Below are positions 18,749 to 29,845 of a stretch of 64,000 nucleotides of DNA, piece by piece. Position 1 is the stretch's first letter, and each line of letters starts with the position of its first letter. The notes beneath the pieces are model-generated. The model was not told where the DNA came from. It did no database searches and saw only the letters and a list, made by a program, of their open reading frames with translations. Location: the NCBI GenBank assembly GCA_003164675.1, contig PLTX01000059.1, positions 12,428 to 76,427 of the forward strand, written 5' to 3'. The stretch comes from Verrucomicrobiota bacterium (GTDB lineage Bacteria > Verrucomicrobiota > Verrucomicrobiia > Palsa-1439). The position numbers and the translations under genes were made by a program.

Positions 18749-20665
18749 ATGAAACTCGACGCCAAAATCCCTCTCGGACCACTCACGTCAAAATGGGACA
18801 AGCACAAGACGGCGATCAGGCTGGTCAATCCGTCCAACAAACGCAAATACGAGATCATCGTGGTCGGCACCGGGCTGGCGGGTGCGTCGGCAGCGGCGTC
18901 TCTCGCCGAGCTGGGGTACAACGTCAAGTCGTTCTGCATCCAGGATAGTCCGCGTCGGGCGCATAGCGTCGCCGCACAGGGCGGTATCAACGCCGCAAAG
19001 AATTATCAGAATGACGGCGACAGTGTGTATCGCCTGTTTTATGACACGATCAAGGGTGGCGATTTTCGGTCGCGTGAAGCCAATGTTCACCGCCTCGCAG
19101 AAGTCAGTGTCAATATCATCGACCAGTGCGTGGCCCAAGGCGTGCCGTTTGCGCGCGAGTACAGCGGTTATCTGACGAATCGTTCCTTCGGGGGCGCGCA
19201 GGTCTCGCGAACGTTCTACGCGCGCGGCCAAACCGGCCAGCAACTGTTGCTGGGCGCCTACCAGGCGTTGATGCGACAGGTGGGGCTTGGACAGGTCACC
19301 TTGTTCCCGCGTATGGAGATGTTGGAACTGGTGGTGGTCAACGGACACGCCAAGGGGATCGTTGTGCGGGACATGGTCACCGGCGCGATTTCATCGCATT
19401 CCGCCGACGCGGTGGTGCTGGCAACGGGCGGTTACGGCAACACCTATTACCTTTCGACGTATGGGCGCGGCTCGAACGCCACGGCTATTTGGCGCGCTTA
19501 CAAGAAGGGCGCGTTGTTCGCGAACCCATGTTTCACGCAAATTCATCCGACGTGCATCCCGGTTTCAGGGGACTATCAGTCAAAGCTCACGCTGATGAGC
19601 GAATCGTTACGCAACGATGGCCGTGTGTGGGTGCCGAAGAAGAAAGGCGACAAGCGGTCGCCCGCCGAGATTCCCGAGGATGACCGTGACTATTATCTCG
19701 AACGCAAGTATCCGAGCTACGGCAACCTGGCGCCCCGCGACATTTCCTCGCGCGCGGCCAAGCAGGTGTGTGACGAGGGCCGGGGCGTCGGCGAAACCGG
19801 CCTCGGCGTCTACCTGGATTTCTCCGATGCGATCAAACGCCTCGGACGGTCGAACATCGAAGAGCGCTACGGGAATCTCTTCGACATGTACCATGAAATC
19901 ACCCACGAGGACGCGTACCAGACCCCTATGCGCATCTTTCCCGCGATCCACTACATGATGGGCGGGTTGTGGGTGGATTACAATTTGATGAGCAACCTGC
20001 CGGGGTTGTACGTCATCGGCGAAGCGAATTTCTCCGACCACGGCGCGAACCGTCTCGGCGCCAGCGCGCTGATGCAGGGATTGGCCGACGGTTATTTTGT
20101 GCTCCCCTACACTATCGGGGATTATCTGGCCACCCAGAAGCCCGGTTCGCGACCGAAGCCCGACGCGGGCGAATTCAAGCAAGCCGAGCAAGAAACCAAC
20201 GACCGCGTCGAGAAGTTGCTGGCGGTCCACGGCAAGAAGACCGTGACCGAATTCCACAAACAACTGGGCCGAATCCTCTGGGAGCACTGCGGCATGGCCC
20301 GCACCGAAAAGAGCCTTAAAGAGGCGCTCGCCCTGATCCCGCCGTTGCGCGAAGAGTTTTGGAAGAACGTCAACGTACCCGGCGAGGGTGAGGAACTCAA
20401 CCAGTCTCTCGAACGGGCGGGACGCGTGGCGGATTACCTCGAGTTGGCGGAACTCATTGTCTACGACGCATTGATGCGCGATGAATCGTGCGGCTGCCAT
20501 TTCCGCGAGGAACACCAGACGCCAGACGGTGAATGCCAGCGCAACGATGAGCAGTACGCGTATGTCGCGGCGTGGGAATTCACCGGTGTCGGCAAAACAC
20601 CGATCCTGAACAAGGAACCTCTGGTATACGAAGAAGTCCATTTGGCGCAGAGGAGTTACAAGTAA
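18749..20665 (+). CDS. sdhA: Succinate dehydrogenase/fumarate reductase flavoprotein subunit
   Basis: FAD-binding [12 protein letters not shown] and active-site motifs. 638 aa. Confidence 0.95.
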   Translation: MKLDAKIPLGPLTSKWDKHKTAIRLVNPSNKRKYEIIVVGTGLAGASAAASLAELGYNVKSFCIQDSPRRAHSVAAQGGINAAKNYQNDGDSVYRLFYDTIKGGDFRSREANVHRLAEVSVNIIDQCVAQGVPFAREYSGYLTNRSFGGAQVSRTFYARGQTGQQLLLGAYQALMRQVGLGQVTLFPRMEMLELVVVNGHAKGIVVRDMVTGAISSHSADAVVLATGGYGNTYYLSTYGRGSNATAIWRAYKKGALFANPCFTQIHPTCIPVSGDYQSKLTLMSESLRNDGRVWVPKKKGDKRSPAEIPEDDRDYYLERKYPSYGNLAPRDISSRAAKQVCDEGRGVGETGLGVYLDFSDAIKRLGRSNIEERYGNLFDMYHEITHEDAYQTPMRIFPAIHYMMGGLWVDYNLMSNLPGLYVIGEANFSDHGANRLGASALMQGLADGYFVLPYTIGDYLATQKPGSRPKPDAGEFKQAEQETNDRVEKLLAVHGKKTVTEFHKQLGRILWEHCGMARTEKSLKEALALIPPLREEFWKNVNVPGEGEELNQSLERAGRVADYLELAELIVYDALMRDESCGCHFREEHQTPDGECQRNDEQYAYVAAWEFTGVGKTPILNKEPLVYEEVHLAQRSYK

Positions 20666-21441
20666 TGAACGTCAAACTGCGAGTGTGGCGGCAGCGCGAT
20701 GCCGGGACGCCGGGACGCTTCGAGACCTACGAGGCGAAGGACATCAATCCGAACATGTCGTTCCTCGAAATGCTCGACGTCGTCAACGAAGACCTGACCC
20801 GGCGGGGACGAGAGCCCATCACGTTCGATCACGATTGTCGCGAGGGCATCTGCGGCATGTGCTCCTGCGTCATCAACGGCGAGCCGCACGGCCCCGAGAA
20901 CAAGGTCGCCACGTGCCAGACGTACATGCGCAGTTTCCGGGACGGCGAAACGATCACGGTCGAGCCGTTCCGTGCCCGGGCGTTTCCCCTGATCAAGGAC
21001 CTGATCGTCAATCGCAGCGCGTTCGACCGGGTCATCCAAGCCGGCGGATTTGTTTCCGTTTCGACCGGCTCGGCGCCCGACGGCAATGCGATTCTCGTGC
21101 CGAAACAAAATGCCGACCTGGCCATGGACGCCGCCGCGTGCATCGGGTGTGGCGCGTGCGTCGCGGCGTGCAAGAATGCCAGCGCCATGCTCTTCGTGGC
21201 CGCGAAGGTTTCGCACCTCAATCTCCTACCCCAGGGCCGGCCGGAGAAGGAGAAGCGCGTCCTGGCAATGGTTCAGCAGATGGACGAGGAAGGGTTCGGC
21301 GCCTGCACCGTGACGGGCTCCTGCGAAGCCGTTTGCCCGAAGGGAATCAGCCTGAACTTCATCGCCAAGATGAATCGCGACTATTTCGGGGCGCTGTTGG
21401 GTGTGGGTGGGAAGAAAGCGAACACGCTGACCGGGGCGTAA
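20665..21441 (+). CDS. sdhB: Succinate dehydrogenase/fumarate reductase iron-sulfur subunit
   Basis: 2Fe-2S ([10 protein letters not shown]) and 4Fe-4S Cys clusters ([23 protein letters not shown]). TAATG junction with sdhA. Confidence 0.9.
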   Translation: MNVKLRVWRQRDAGTPGRFETYEAKDINPNMSFLEMLDVVNEDLTRRGREPITFDHDCREGICGMCSCVINGEPHGPENKVATCQTYMRSFRDGETITVEPFRARAFPLIKDLIVNRSAFDRVIQAGGFVSVSTGSAPDGNAILVPKQNADLAMDAAACIGCGACVAACKNASAMLFVAAKVSHLNLLPQGRPEKEKRVLAMVQQMDEEGFGACTVTGSCEAVCPKGISLNFIAKMNRDYFGALLGVGGKKANTLTGA

Positions 21442-21444
21442 CCG

Positions 21445-22827
21445 CTACTTTGTGACGTTGAAGTGACCCAGGGCGCGCTGTCTGCGCATGACCAGTACCA
21501 TGGCCACGCCGCCAACGATACCGAAACCCGCCATGGTCGGGTACCAGACTCCCCAGCCGAACTTGTCGATCAGCCAACCTGTGGCAGGCAAAAAGATCAT
21601 CATGCCGAAGTACTGAAATGAATCGATGACACCGGAGGCAAAGCCAGCCATTTTCCGACCACCGATGTCCATGGGCGCTGCCGCGCCAACCAGCGAGTGT
21701 GTGGAGTTGACCATCAACGAAATCAGAATCAAAAAAAGGCAACCGAGAAAAACGCCAGTCGGGGTGGGTCCAACAAAGCCAGAGTAGATGACCATGGCTG
21801 CCAGCCCAATTACGATGGCCTGCAGGAAGTAGAGCCACATCGCCACCGGTGATCGATGCCCCTTGAAAAACCTGTCGGATATGATTCCCGAGATCAGTGA
21901 GCCAACGACAGCGACCATGGGTACCGCAAACCCCAATGTCCAAACCAATGCGCGTGGCTTGTCTTCGACGTTCAGTTTCAGAACGTCATGGAAGTACAGC
22001 ACGGCCAGTTGGTCTGAGCTGCTGCGCACGGCCCCTGTGCACGCGTAGGCCACGGCGTAAAACCAGACCAAGGGATGCGTGAAGACGGTCCTGAAACATT
22101 TACCGATACTGATTCGGACGCCCGCGCTGGAATCCACCTCGTCGTGAATCAATCCTGGCCACCCGGCTTCTTCCGGAGTCTCTTTCGCACAAAACGCCAT
22201 AAGAATCGCACAGACGGCTGTGATGACCGGTGGAATTCGGAACAGCCAACGCCAATCGCCTTTGGCAACGGTCCATGTGCCAATGGCAAAGCCTGCAAGA
22301 ATCAGCGGGGCCAACTGACCGATGGAGACCTGGCCCAATTGGATCATAAAGCCATAGATGCCGGCGAACGTTCCACGCTCATTGCGATTGAACCATGCCG
22401 CGTTGATCTTGATCATGCCCGGGGCGCCGAAGGATTGGAAATACCCGTTCATCAGCCAAATCAGCGCGAACGTGGTGAATGTCCCCGCAAACGATGCAAA
22501 GCCATAGATCAGATTAATGATGATCGTGCCGGTGGCGCCAATCAGCATCGCCGCGCGTCCGCCGATACGATCCGTGATGAGACCATTGATGAGCTGGCCT
22601 ATCCCGTAAGCGAGGGACCAGGCACTCAGAATGCCCGTAATTTGGAACGTACTGAATCCGTATTCCGCTACCATTCCGGGCGTGGCGAACCGAAAATTGT
22701 ACCGGCACATGTAGTACGAGGCGTACATGAGCCCGAGGCTGACCCAATTCAGGCCACGGCGGGGTCGAAATCCCCGGGGATATTTATTACGGGTGCCCGG
22801 CGAGGGTGCAGTGACGGTTTGTTCCAT
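21445..22827 (-). CDS. MFS transporter, organophosphate:Pi antiporter (GlpT/UhpT-like) family
   Basis: 12 TM helices. N-terminal YASYYMCRYNF signature resembling the GlpT/UhpT family. MFS loop motif DRIGGR. Confidence 0.75.
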   Translation of the reverse strand: MEQTVTAPSPGTRNKYPRGFRPRRGLNWVSLGLMYASYYMCRYNFRFATPGMVAEYGFSTFQITGILSAWSLAYGIGQLINGLITDRIGGRAAMLIGATGTIIINLIYGFASFAGTFTTFALIWLMNGYFQSFGAPGMIKINAAWFNRNERGTFAGIYGFMIQLGQVSIGQLAPLILAGFAIGTWTVAKGDWRWLFRIPPVITAVCAILMAFCAKETPEEAGWPGLIHDEVDSSAGVRISIGKCFRTVFTHPLVWFYAVAYACTGAVRSSSDQLAVLYFHDVLKLNVEDKPRALVWTLGFAVPMVAVVGSLISGIISDRFFKGHRSPVAMWLYFLQAIVIGLAAMVIYSGFVGPTPTGVFLGCLFLILISLMVNSTHSLVGAAAPMDIGGRKMAGFASGVIDSFQYFGMMIFLPATGWLIDKFGWGVWYPTMAGFGIVGGVAMVLVMRRQRALGHFNVTK

Positions 22828-22982
22828 GAATTTTCTTTCGCGAACACCCGTGCGAAATCAACACAAACCGTAATGGTACTGACGCGGAAAAGTCAAAGAA
22901 AATGTTTGATCAACCCCTTCTCTTGGCAAAAAGAGCGAAGGCGACCAGATTGGTCGCCCTCGCCATTGGTTGATAGACCTCT

Positions 22983-23663
22983 TTAGCGTCGTTGTCGGTT
23001 CAGGAGCATCAATTGCAGCAACTGCGCCACGGCGGCAATCAGCGCCGCCACATACGTCAACGCCGCCGCGTTCAGCACGCGATTGACGCCATCCATCTCA
23101 TCCCGTGCGATCAGGCCGCTCTTCTGCAGAATCACCTTGGCCCGGGAACTGGCGTCAAACTCGACGGGAAGCGTGATGAGCTGAAACACCACCAGCACGG
23201 CGTAAACCGCGATTCCGAGCGTGATAAACATGGGGATGCGGAAGAAGAATCCGCCAATCACCACCAGTGGTAACAACTGTGACGTGAACATGGTCACGGG
23301 CACAATAGCCATCCGCGCCTGCAACGGCGCATAGGCATGCTGGTGCTGAATGGCATGCCCGGTTTCGTGCGCCGCAATGCCCAAAGCGGCAACAGACTCG
23401 CCGTCGTAAACGTCGGGCGACAACGCAAGCGTCTTCGTTCTTGGATCGTAGTGGTCGCCCAGGAAACTGTTCGTGCGCTCGATTTGCACGTCATGAATCC
23501 CGGCATCCGCCATGATTTCCGCCGCCGCTTCCGCACCGGTACGGCCCGAGCGCGCTCGCACTTGGGAGTATTTCTTCAATGCCGCCTGCACGCGAAACTG
23601 AGCCACCATCGCTGGTACGAAAATCAGCACTAGGAGCAGCACATATATTTCATTGATTGTCAT
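22983..23663 (-). CDS. Putative neutral zinc metallopeptidase (YugP family)
   Basis: HETGHAIQH zinc-binding motif flanked by TM helices. Confidence 0.75.
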   Translation of the reverse strand: MTINEIYVLLLVLIFVPAMVAQFRVQAALKKYSQVRARSGRTGAEAAAEIMADAGIHDVQIERTNSFLGDHYDPRTKTLALSPDVYDGESVAALGIAAHETGHAIQHQHAYAPLQARMAIVPVTMFTSQLLPLVVIGGFFFRIPMFITLGIAVYAVLVVFQLITLPVEFDASSRAKVILQKSGLIARDEMDGVNRVLNAAALTYVAALIAAVAQLLQLMLLNRQRR

Positions 23664-23707
23664 TGTTACAACAGACCTCCAACTGGCGCTACAGTAGCGC
23701 AGCCCAA

Positions 23708-24823
23708 TCAGATTTCAAGCGTCTTCGGAAAGCGCGCCAGATTGCGCGCGCCATTCAGTTGAATGACGGCAGCGTCCTCCAAGCGGACGCCGCCCACGCC
23801 CGTGTAATACAGGCCTGGCTCGACGGTAACGACCTGGCCGGCACGCAGGACTTCGGAGGCCGTACTGACGCGCGGGCGCTCGTGAATCTCCAAGCCGAGC
23901 CCGTGGCCGGTCCCATGGAAGAATCCCTGCATACGTCCGCGAATGACTCCGGTCCGGTAACCCTTGCTGACAAATAGCTCCTGAATTCCGCCGTGCACGT
24001 CCTGCCCATTCACCCCATCGCGCAGTTTCTGAAATGCGAGTTTCTGCGCCTCTCCGACGACGGCGTACAGCCTCTTGACCGCATCACTGGCGCGACCACG
24101 CACCACCGTCCGCGTAATATCGCCCCAATACCCCGTCCGCATATCTCGGGGGAAGATGTCGAGAATGATCGTCGTATGCGCGCGGAGCGGACCGTGACCA
24201 ATCTCGTGTGGATCGCAACCCTGGTTGCCGCCAGCGACGATGGTGCGCGCGGCCGTGCCACCCAAACGAGCAATCGTCGCGTTGATCGCACCTTGGACCT
24301 GCTCCGATGTTAACTTCCGTCCCAGTCGGTACAGGAATCCGTCGCGCCCGATACGGCTCGCCCGTAGGACGGTTACTGCCGCCCGCATTCCCTCCTCCGC
24401 CAGACGCATGGCATCCTGAAGCGCACTGATTTCCGCTGACGTCTTGATTTCACGTTTCGGGAAGAACGGATCGGGTTTGACGACGACGCGAATGCCGCGC
24501 AGTTGCTTCGCCAGACCGATGGGGAAATTCATGGGAACTTCCACCGCACGCACACGGAACTCACGCAACACCCGGGTCAATACGTCACTGAACCCCGGCC
24601 GTTTGACCCCGTCTCGTTTGAGCTGCTTTTGGTAACGGGAAGATGGGAGTACGCGGTCGACATCAGCCTCGCGGCGCGCGCGATCGATCTCGAGATCGCT
24701 CATCACCGCGAAGCTCTTGCCGCGCGTCTCGAACCAGATGAAGGGGTCAGGCACAAACATTCGTGTCGCATACAACATGTTTGCGTCGTGTTCGCTATCG
24801 GCGACAATCAACTGTGTTGACAT
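23708..24823 (-). CDS. pepP: Xaa-Pro aminopeptidase / M24 family peptidase
   Basis: Creatinase N-domain plus M24 pita-bread fold with metal-ligand residues (HGTGHGLGLEIHE). Confidence 0.8.
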   Translation of the reverse strand: MSTQLIVADSEHDANMLYATRMFVPDPFIWFETRGKSFAVMSDLEIDRARREADVDRVLPSSRYQKQLKRDGVKRPGFSDVLTRVLREFRVRAVEVPMNFPIGLAKQLRGIRVVVKPDPFFPKREIKTSAEISALQDAMRLAEEGMRAAVTVLRASRIGRDGFLYRLGRKLTSEQVQGAINATIARLGGTAARTIVAGGNQGCDPHEIGHGPLRAHTTIILDIFPRDMRTGYWGDITRTVVRGRASDAVKRLYAVVGEAQKLAFQKLRDGVNGQDVHGGIQELFVSKGYRTGVIRGRMQGFFHGTGHGLGLEIHERPRVSTASEVLRAGQVVTVEPGLYYTGVGGVRLEDAAVIQLNGARNLARFPKTLEI

Positions 24824-25830
24824 GAAAAACCTCCTGCACCCAGTCCCATGGACGGCGCAATTTCCATCGAAAAGTCACTCGGCCCACTGCGCGACAATTG
24901 ATAGTACGCCAACCCCGCAATCATCGCCGCGTTATCCGCACATAACGCTGCTGGCGCCAGGAGCAATTGGAGCCCCCGTTGCGCACATTCCGCCCCCAGC
25001 TTTTCACGGAAGCGACGGTTGATCGAAACACCACCCGACGCGCTCACCGTTTTCACGCGCAGGTCCGCGGCGGCACGGACCGTCTTCCCGACCAACACGT
25101 CCACCACGGCTTCCTGAAAGCTGGCGCAAACATCTCCGGTGCGAGAGCGCGGATTCTTTCGCAGGAAGTATAGGACGGAGGTCTTCAGACCGCTGAAGCT
25201 GAAATCGTAGCTGCCGTCGTGCAACATGCTGCGCGGAAAATCAATAGCCCTGGGGTTTCCGTTCTCAGCGCGGTTCTGAATTTCCGGGCCTCCGGGATAC
25301 CCGAGATCCAGTAGTTTGGCGACTTTGTCAAACGCCTCCCCGGCTGCATCGTCAACGGTCTGACCCAGAATCTCATGCGTCCCGATGGCCGTCGCATGCG
25401 CCAGTATGGTGTGTCCGCCGGATACGATCAACGAAATCATCGGCAAAGCACCCCGCGCGGCATTGGCAAACAGCGGAGAGTACAAGTGCGCTTCGACGTG
25501 GTTGATGGCAACGAAGGGTTTGCCAGCGGCGAACGCAATCCCTTTGGCCACGTTCAGGCCGATAAGCAGCGACGAGGCCAGACCGGGGCCGTAGGTGGCC
25601 GCTACGCCGTCGATTTCGTCAATGGACGCGCGGGCGTCGAACAGCGCCTGCTCGACCACGGAATCGATCAAGCGCAGGTGGTTGCGCGACGCCAGTTCGG
25701 GGACCACGCCACCGTACGGACGATGCAGGGCGACTTGCGAGCTGACTACGTTGGAGAGGATCTCCGTGCCATTGGAGACGACCGCCGCGGCTGTCTCGTC
25801 GCAGGAGGTCTCAACGCCAAGAATTTTCAC
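24808..25830 (-). CDS. tsaD: tRNA N6-adenosine threonylcarbamoyltransferase
   Basis: MKILGVETSCDETAAAV N-terminus and HxEAH metal motif (NHVEAHLYS). Confidence 0.95.
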   Translation of the reverse strand: MKILGVETSCDETAAAVVSNGTEILSNVVSSQVALHRPYGGVVPELASRNHLRLIDSVVEQALFDARASIDEIDGVAATYGPGLASSLLIGLNVAKGIAFAAGKPFVAINHVEAHLYSPLFANAARGALPMISLIVSGGHTILAHATAIGTHEILGQTVDDAAGEAFDKVAKLLDLGYPGGPEIQNRAENGNPRAIDFPRSMLHDGSYDFSFSGLKTSVLYFLRKNPRSRTGDVCASFQEAVVDVLVGKTVRAAADLRVKTVSASGGVSINRRFREKLGAECAQRGLQLLLAPAALCADNAAMIAGLAYYQLSRSGPSDFSMEIAPSMGLGAGGFSCQHS

Positions 25831-25864
25831 GGGCTGGTCTATCGACGACGCTCGGATCGTTGTT

Positions 25865-27226
25865 CTACTGCGTTGACGGGGTTACGGCGACTGTCGCAGT
25901 CGTTACGCCCGTGTTCTGTTTGGCGACCTTCATCTGCTTCTCGAAGAGCTTGACTCCCTTGATCACATCGATGGCGCGATCCAGTTGGACATCGGCAATG
26001 GGTGCGACCTTCTCACCCGTGTCGTCTTGAGGTTGAGAAAATGCGCGGACGCGTTGCTCCAGAAGCTTGCGCTCGTCCTCTTCGGAAATGGGCACAATAA
26101 TATCCGGTGTGACTCCATGCTCGTGGATGACCTTGTGGCTGGGCGTGTAATACTTGGCCGTGGTCAGACGCAGCGCCGACCCGTCGCGCAGTTGGATAAT
26201 GCTCTGCACGGAACCCTTGCCAAACGTGGTTTCTCCGACCAACACCGCGCGGTGAAGGTCCTGAAGCGCACCCGCAACAATTTCGCTACCGCTCGCGCTG
26301 CCTGCATTGACGAGGAGAACCAGAGGATAGTGGGCCTGCTTCTTGCCGCCATCGGAGCGGTACACGCTCTTTTGCGCCAGAACGCGCCCTTCCGTAGACA
26401 CGATCAACTGGCCTGCGGGTATGAACTCGCTGGCGATCTTGCGGGCGGATTCCAGCAACCCACCTGGATTGTTGCGCAGATCGATGATCAACGCGGTCAT
26501 GCCCTGACTATTCAGCTTGGCCAGCGCCTTTTCGAATTCATCCGCCGTAGGTTCGTTAAATTGTGTGATGCGCACGTAGCCGATGCTGTCCTGGAGAATC
26601 TTCGCGTCCTTGACGCTTTCCACATTGATCTCGGCGCGCTCGATGGTGTGGTCCTTGATCTTATCGCCCGGGTCCTTGGCCCTGGCGCGGAAAATGGTAA
26701 TGGTGACTTTCGTCCCCGGATCGCCACGCAACTGACGCACGGCCTCCTGCAACCCCATTTTCTCGGTGACTTTCCCATCGATCTTGATAATGCGATCGCC
26801 GGGCAGCAACCCCGCCTTCGCGCCGGGTGTGTCCTCCATGGGGGCGACGACGGTAAGGAAACCTTCCTTGGACATGCTGATGACTATGCCGATGCCGCCA
26901 AATTTGCCTTCGGTGTCCTGCTTCATGTCCTCGTACATCTGCGGTTCCATGAACTGGCTGTGTGGGTCCAGCGAATTGAGCATTCCCTTGAGCGCGCCGT
27001 ACGTCAGGTCACGGTAGGTGACCGAGTTGGTGTCCACATATTCTTTGCGGACCAACTCCATCACCTGGGTGATCAATTCCATCTCGGAATAGGGATTGTC
27101 CTTGTCCGGTTTCGTGGACGAATCGGAATAAATCTTCGCGGCGATCGCGAGATTGATTCCCAGCAACACCACAACGAACGCCACGGTGATACGCTTTATG
27201 GTCATAACGTTTCTCTCAAAATTCAA
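25865..27226 (-). CDS. ctpA: Carboxyl-terminal processing (tail-specific) protease, S41 family
   Basis: PDZ domain plus S41 catalytic region (GSASGSEIVAGALQD). N-terminal TM/signal. Confidence 0.9.
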   Translation of the reverse strand: MNFERNVMTIKRITVAFVVVLLGINLAIAAKIYSDSSTKPDKDNPYSEMELITQVMELVRKEYVDTNSVTYRDLTYGALKGMLNSLDPHSQFMEPQMYEDMKQDTEGKFGGIGIVISMSKEGFLTVVAPMEDTPGAKAGLLPGDRIIKIDGKVTEKMGLQEAVRQLRGDPGTKVTITIFRARAKDPGDKIKDHTIERAEINVESVKDAKILQDSIGYVRITQFNEPTADEFEKALAKLNSQGMTALIIDLRNNPGGLLESARKIASEFIPAGQLIVSTEGRVLAQKSVYRSDGGKKQAHYPLVLLVNAGSASGSEIVAGALQDLHRAVLVGETTFGKGSVQSIIQLRDGSALRLTTAKYYTPSHKVIHEHGVTPDIIVPISEEDERKLLEQRVRAFSQPQDDTGEKVAPIADVQLDRAIDVIKGVKLFEKQMKVAKQNTGVTTATVAVTPSTQ

Positions 27227-27355
27227 CGCCTTCCCTCAGTCCCGACGCAATTTCACGAGGAGCCGATGTGGGGGCCAGCGACTCGGTTACCATACGGCTG
27301 CTTGACAGTTGAATCAAGTCCATCCTTTCGAGATTGGACGCGGGGTAACCGCGTT

Positions 27356-28768
27356 TTACTCAACCAATTCCAACGCCGCCCGCCGAAAACCGGCCATCTG
27401 GCGGGCGGTCCTTGCCTCCAGATAACATCGGAACACAGGTTCCGTCCCCGAGGCCCGAAACATCACCCAGCAACCGTCGTTCAGCAGAAACTTGTAGCCG
27501 TCTTTGGTGACGACCCCGGTGACGTTCTGCCCGCCAAATTCAGCCAGACCTTCGGCGAATTTCGCGAGCAATTGTTCCTTGTGTTCGGGCGTGACTCGAA
27601 GGTTAATGCGATCGCTCACGATCCCGCCCGCTCGTTTTTGGATTCCCTTCAACACCTCGCCAACCGATCGGCCTTCGTACGCCACCAGTTCCGCCATTAG
27701 CAGGCAGGCGAGGATTCCGTCCTTCTCGGGTACGTGGCCCTTCACGCTCAGTCCCCCGCTCTCTTCGCCCCCCACAATGATCGGCTCGCTCTCCATCAGC
27801 GCGCCGATGTACTTGAACCCAACGGGCGTCTCGCGCACTTCGATGCCGAACTCGTGGGCCACCGCGTCCACGAGATGGCTGGTGGCGACCGTGCGAACCA
27901 CAGCGCCCGTCCACCGTCGGTTCTTGGCGAGATGATACAGCGCGAGCGCCAGCACTTCGTTGGCACTGATGAACGTGCCGTCGTTATCCACGATGGCAAA
28001 ACGGTCGGCGTCAGGATCGAGTCCCAAGCCGAGCGCCGCCTTGGATTGTTTCAGCCGGGCCAACAGCTCACCCATGTTTTCACGGATCGGCTCGGGATGA
28101 CCCTTGCCAAACAACGGGTTTGGCTCGCGGTGCAACGCATCGACCCGCCACCCGCTACGTGTGAGTAATTCGTCGAGATATCCGCGTCCTGTGCCGAACA
28201 TCAAATCCACCACCGCCTTCTTGGGGTGCTTCTGGAGCGCGGCGAAATCCACAATCTTGCGGAGCTGCGCAACGTATTGCGGCATTGGGTTGAACACCTG
28301 GGGTGAAGTTGCCGCCGTCCCAGCGGATTCCCCTCTCTTCGCATCCGATGCCAGTTCTTCCGCCTTCTTCTCGATCCCCTTGGCTGTTTCGGGCAAACAG
28401 GGCGCGCCGTTTGACTCGTTGAACTTCAGCCCGTTCCACTCGGGCGGGTTGTGGCTGGCGGTGATATTAATGCCGCCACTGGCCTGGTAGATGCGAATCG
28501 AGTGGGAGATGACCGGCGTGGGTGCATCACGGTCCGTCAGAAAGGCTTTGAACCCGTAGCCGGCAACAATGGCCGCGCAGCGTGTCGCAAACTCACGCGA
28601 CAAAAACCGCGTGTCATGGCCCACGATGAGCAGTTTCTTGGCGCGGGGAGGCGGATTCTCGGTGAGGTACTGCGCGATGGCATGCGCCGCAATCTCGACA
28701 TTCGCGAACGTAAAAGTGTCACTCATGATGCCGCGCCAGCCCGATGTGCCAAATTTGATAACCGACAT
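27356..28768 (-). CDS. Phosphoglucomutase/phosphomannomutase family protein
   Basis: FGTSGWRG N-terminus, active-site TASHNPPEWNG, metal-binding DPDADR. Confidence 0.85.
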   Translation of the reverse strand: MSVIKFGTSGWRGIMSDTFTFANVEIAAHAIAQYLTENPPPRAKKLLIVGHDTRFLSREFATRCAAIVAGYGFKAFLTDRDAPTPVISHSIRIYQASGGINITASHNPPEWNGLKFNESNGAPCLPETAKGIEKKAEELASDAKRGESAGTAATSPQVFNPMPQYVAQLRKIVDFAALQKHPKKAVVDLMFGTGRGYLDELLTRSGWRVDALHREPNPLFGKGHPEPIRENMGELLARLKQSKAALGLGLDPDADRFAIVDNDGTFISANEVLALALYHLAKNRRWTGAVVRTVATSHLVDAVAHEFGIEVRETPVGFKYIGALMESEPIIVGGEESGGLSVKGHVPEKDGILACLLMAELVAYEGRSVGEVLKGIQKRAGGIVSDRINLRVTPEHKEQLLAKFAEGLAEFGGQNVTGVVTKDGYKFLLNDGCWVMFRASGTEPVFRCYLEARTARQMAGFRRAALELVE

Positions 28769-28948
28769 GCCGCGCATTATAGCGGCCACGTCGGCGTCGT
28801 CGATAGGAATGCACCGGGTTTGTCGGCCCTCCGGCCTTCTCGTGGTTTCGGTGATGCATCCGGTGATAACGCTACGGGGAGTTCAGGCCCGGTTCCGGAA
28901 CCCCGCCAGCGGACGCAAAATTAGTCAGGCCAGTTAAGACAACCGCGT

Positions 28949-29797
28949 TCAGGGCGCGAGCTTGCCTGCGGCGAGCAGTCCGAATAGAGCAGCTCCGAGG
29001 GCGAACCGATAGATAATGAAAATCCAGGTCGTGTGGCGCTTCAGATAGTTCATCAAGAATGCGACCGCCGCGTAGCCGACGATGATCGCGACGATCGTCG
29101 CCACGACAAGATGCAAACCGTCCCCCTGCTTCGCGAGCAGTTCGTGACGGTGATGGTGAAACTCCAGAATGCCCGCACCCAAGAACGACGGCAACGACAA
29201 CAGGAACGAAAATCGCGCCGCAGTCTCGCGAGTCAGGCCGACAAAAAATCCGCCGGTGATGGTGGATCCCGACCGCGAAGCGCCGGGAATCAGGGCCAGG
29301 CATTGCACCAGGCCCACGACAATTGCATCCGGCCACGTGACACGGCTCATATCCTTTAGTGTCATCCCCGCCTGAGTCCGGGCCCGTTCGATGTACTCGG
29401 CCACCACCAGCGCCACCGCGAGCCCGACTTCCGCCGCGGCGATAACGTAAAGCGAGCGCAAGCTTGTCTCGATGTGTTTCTTGAAGGCCAAGCCCAGCAC
29501 CACGATGGGCACCGTTCCGACGATAATCATCCAACCGAGGCGTGCGTCATGACTCTCGAACGGACGACCCGTCCGCAGCCCCGCCAGCATGGCGGTCGCA
29601 ATTTGGGAAAGGTCATGCCAGAAATACAGTAGTAGGGTAACGACGATGGCCAGTTGGATAACCGCGGTGAATGCCGCGCCGGGGTCCGCCCAGCCCATCA
29701 CAGCCGCCACGATGCGAAGGTGTGCGGCGCTGCTGATGGGCAGGAACTCCGTAATGCCCTGGATGATACCGTAAACGATGGCCTGCCAGGAGGTCAT
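28949..29797 (-). CDS. uppP: Undecaprenyl-diphosphate phosphatase
   Basis: BacA family motifs (GITEFLPISSAAHL, PGASRSG). 8 TM helices. Confidence 0.95.
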   Translation of the reverse strand: MTSWQAIVYGIIQGITEFLPISSAAHLRIVAAVMGWADPGAAFTAVIQLAIVVTLLLYFWHDLSQIATAMLAGLRTGRPFESHDARLGWMIIVGTVPIVVLGLAFKKHIETSLRSLYVIAAAEVGLAVALVVAEYIERARTQAGMTLKDMSRVTWPDAIVVGLVQCLALIPGASRSGSTITGGFFVGLTRETAARFSFLLSLPSFLGAGILEFHHHRHELLAKQGDGLHLVVATIVAIIVGYAAVAFLMNYLKRHTTWIFIIYRFALGAALFGLLAAGKLAP

Positions 29798-29845
29798 TTG
29801 CGGTGATGGTTGATCAGCATGGGAGCCACTCGTGTTAGTATGAGA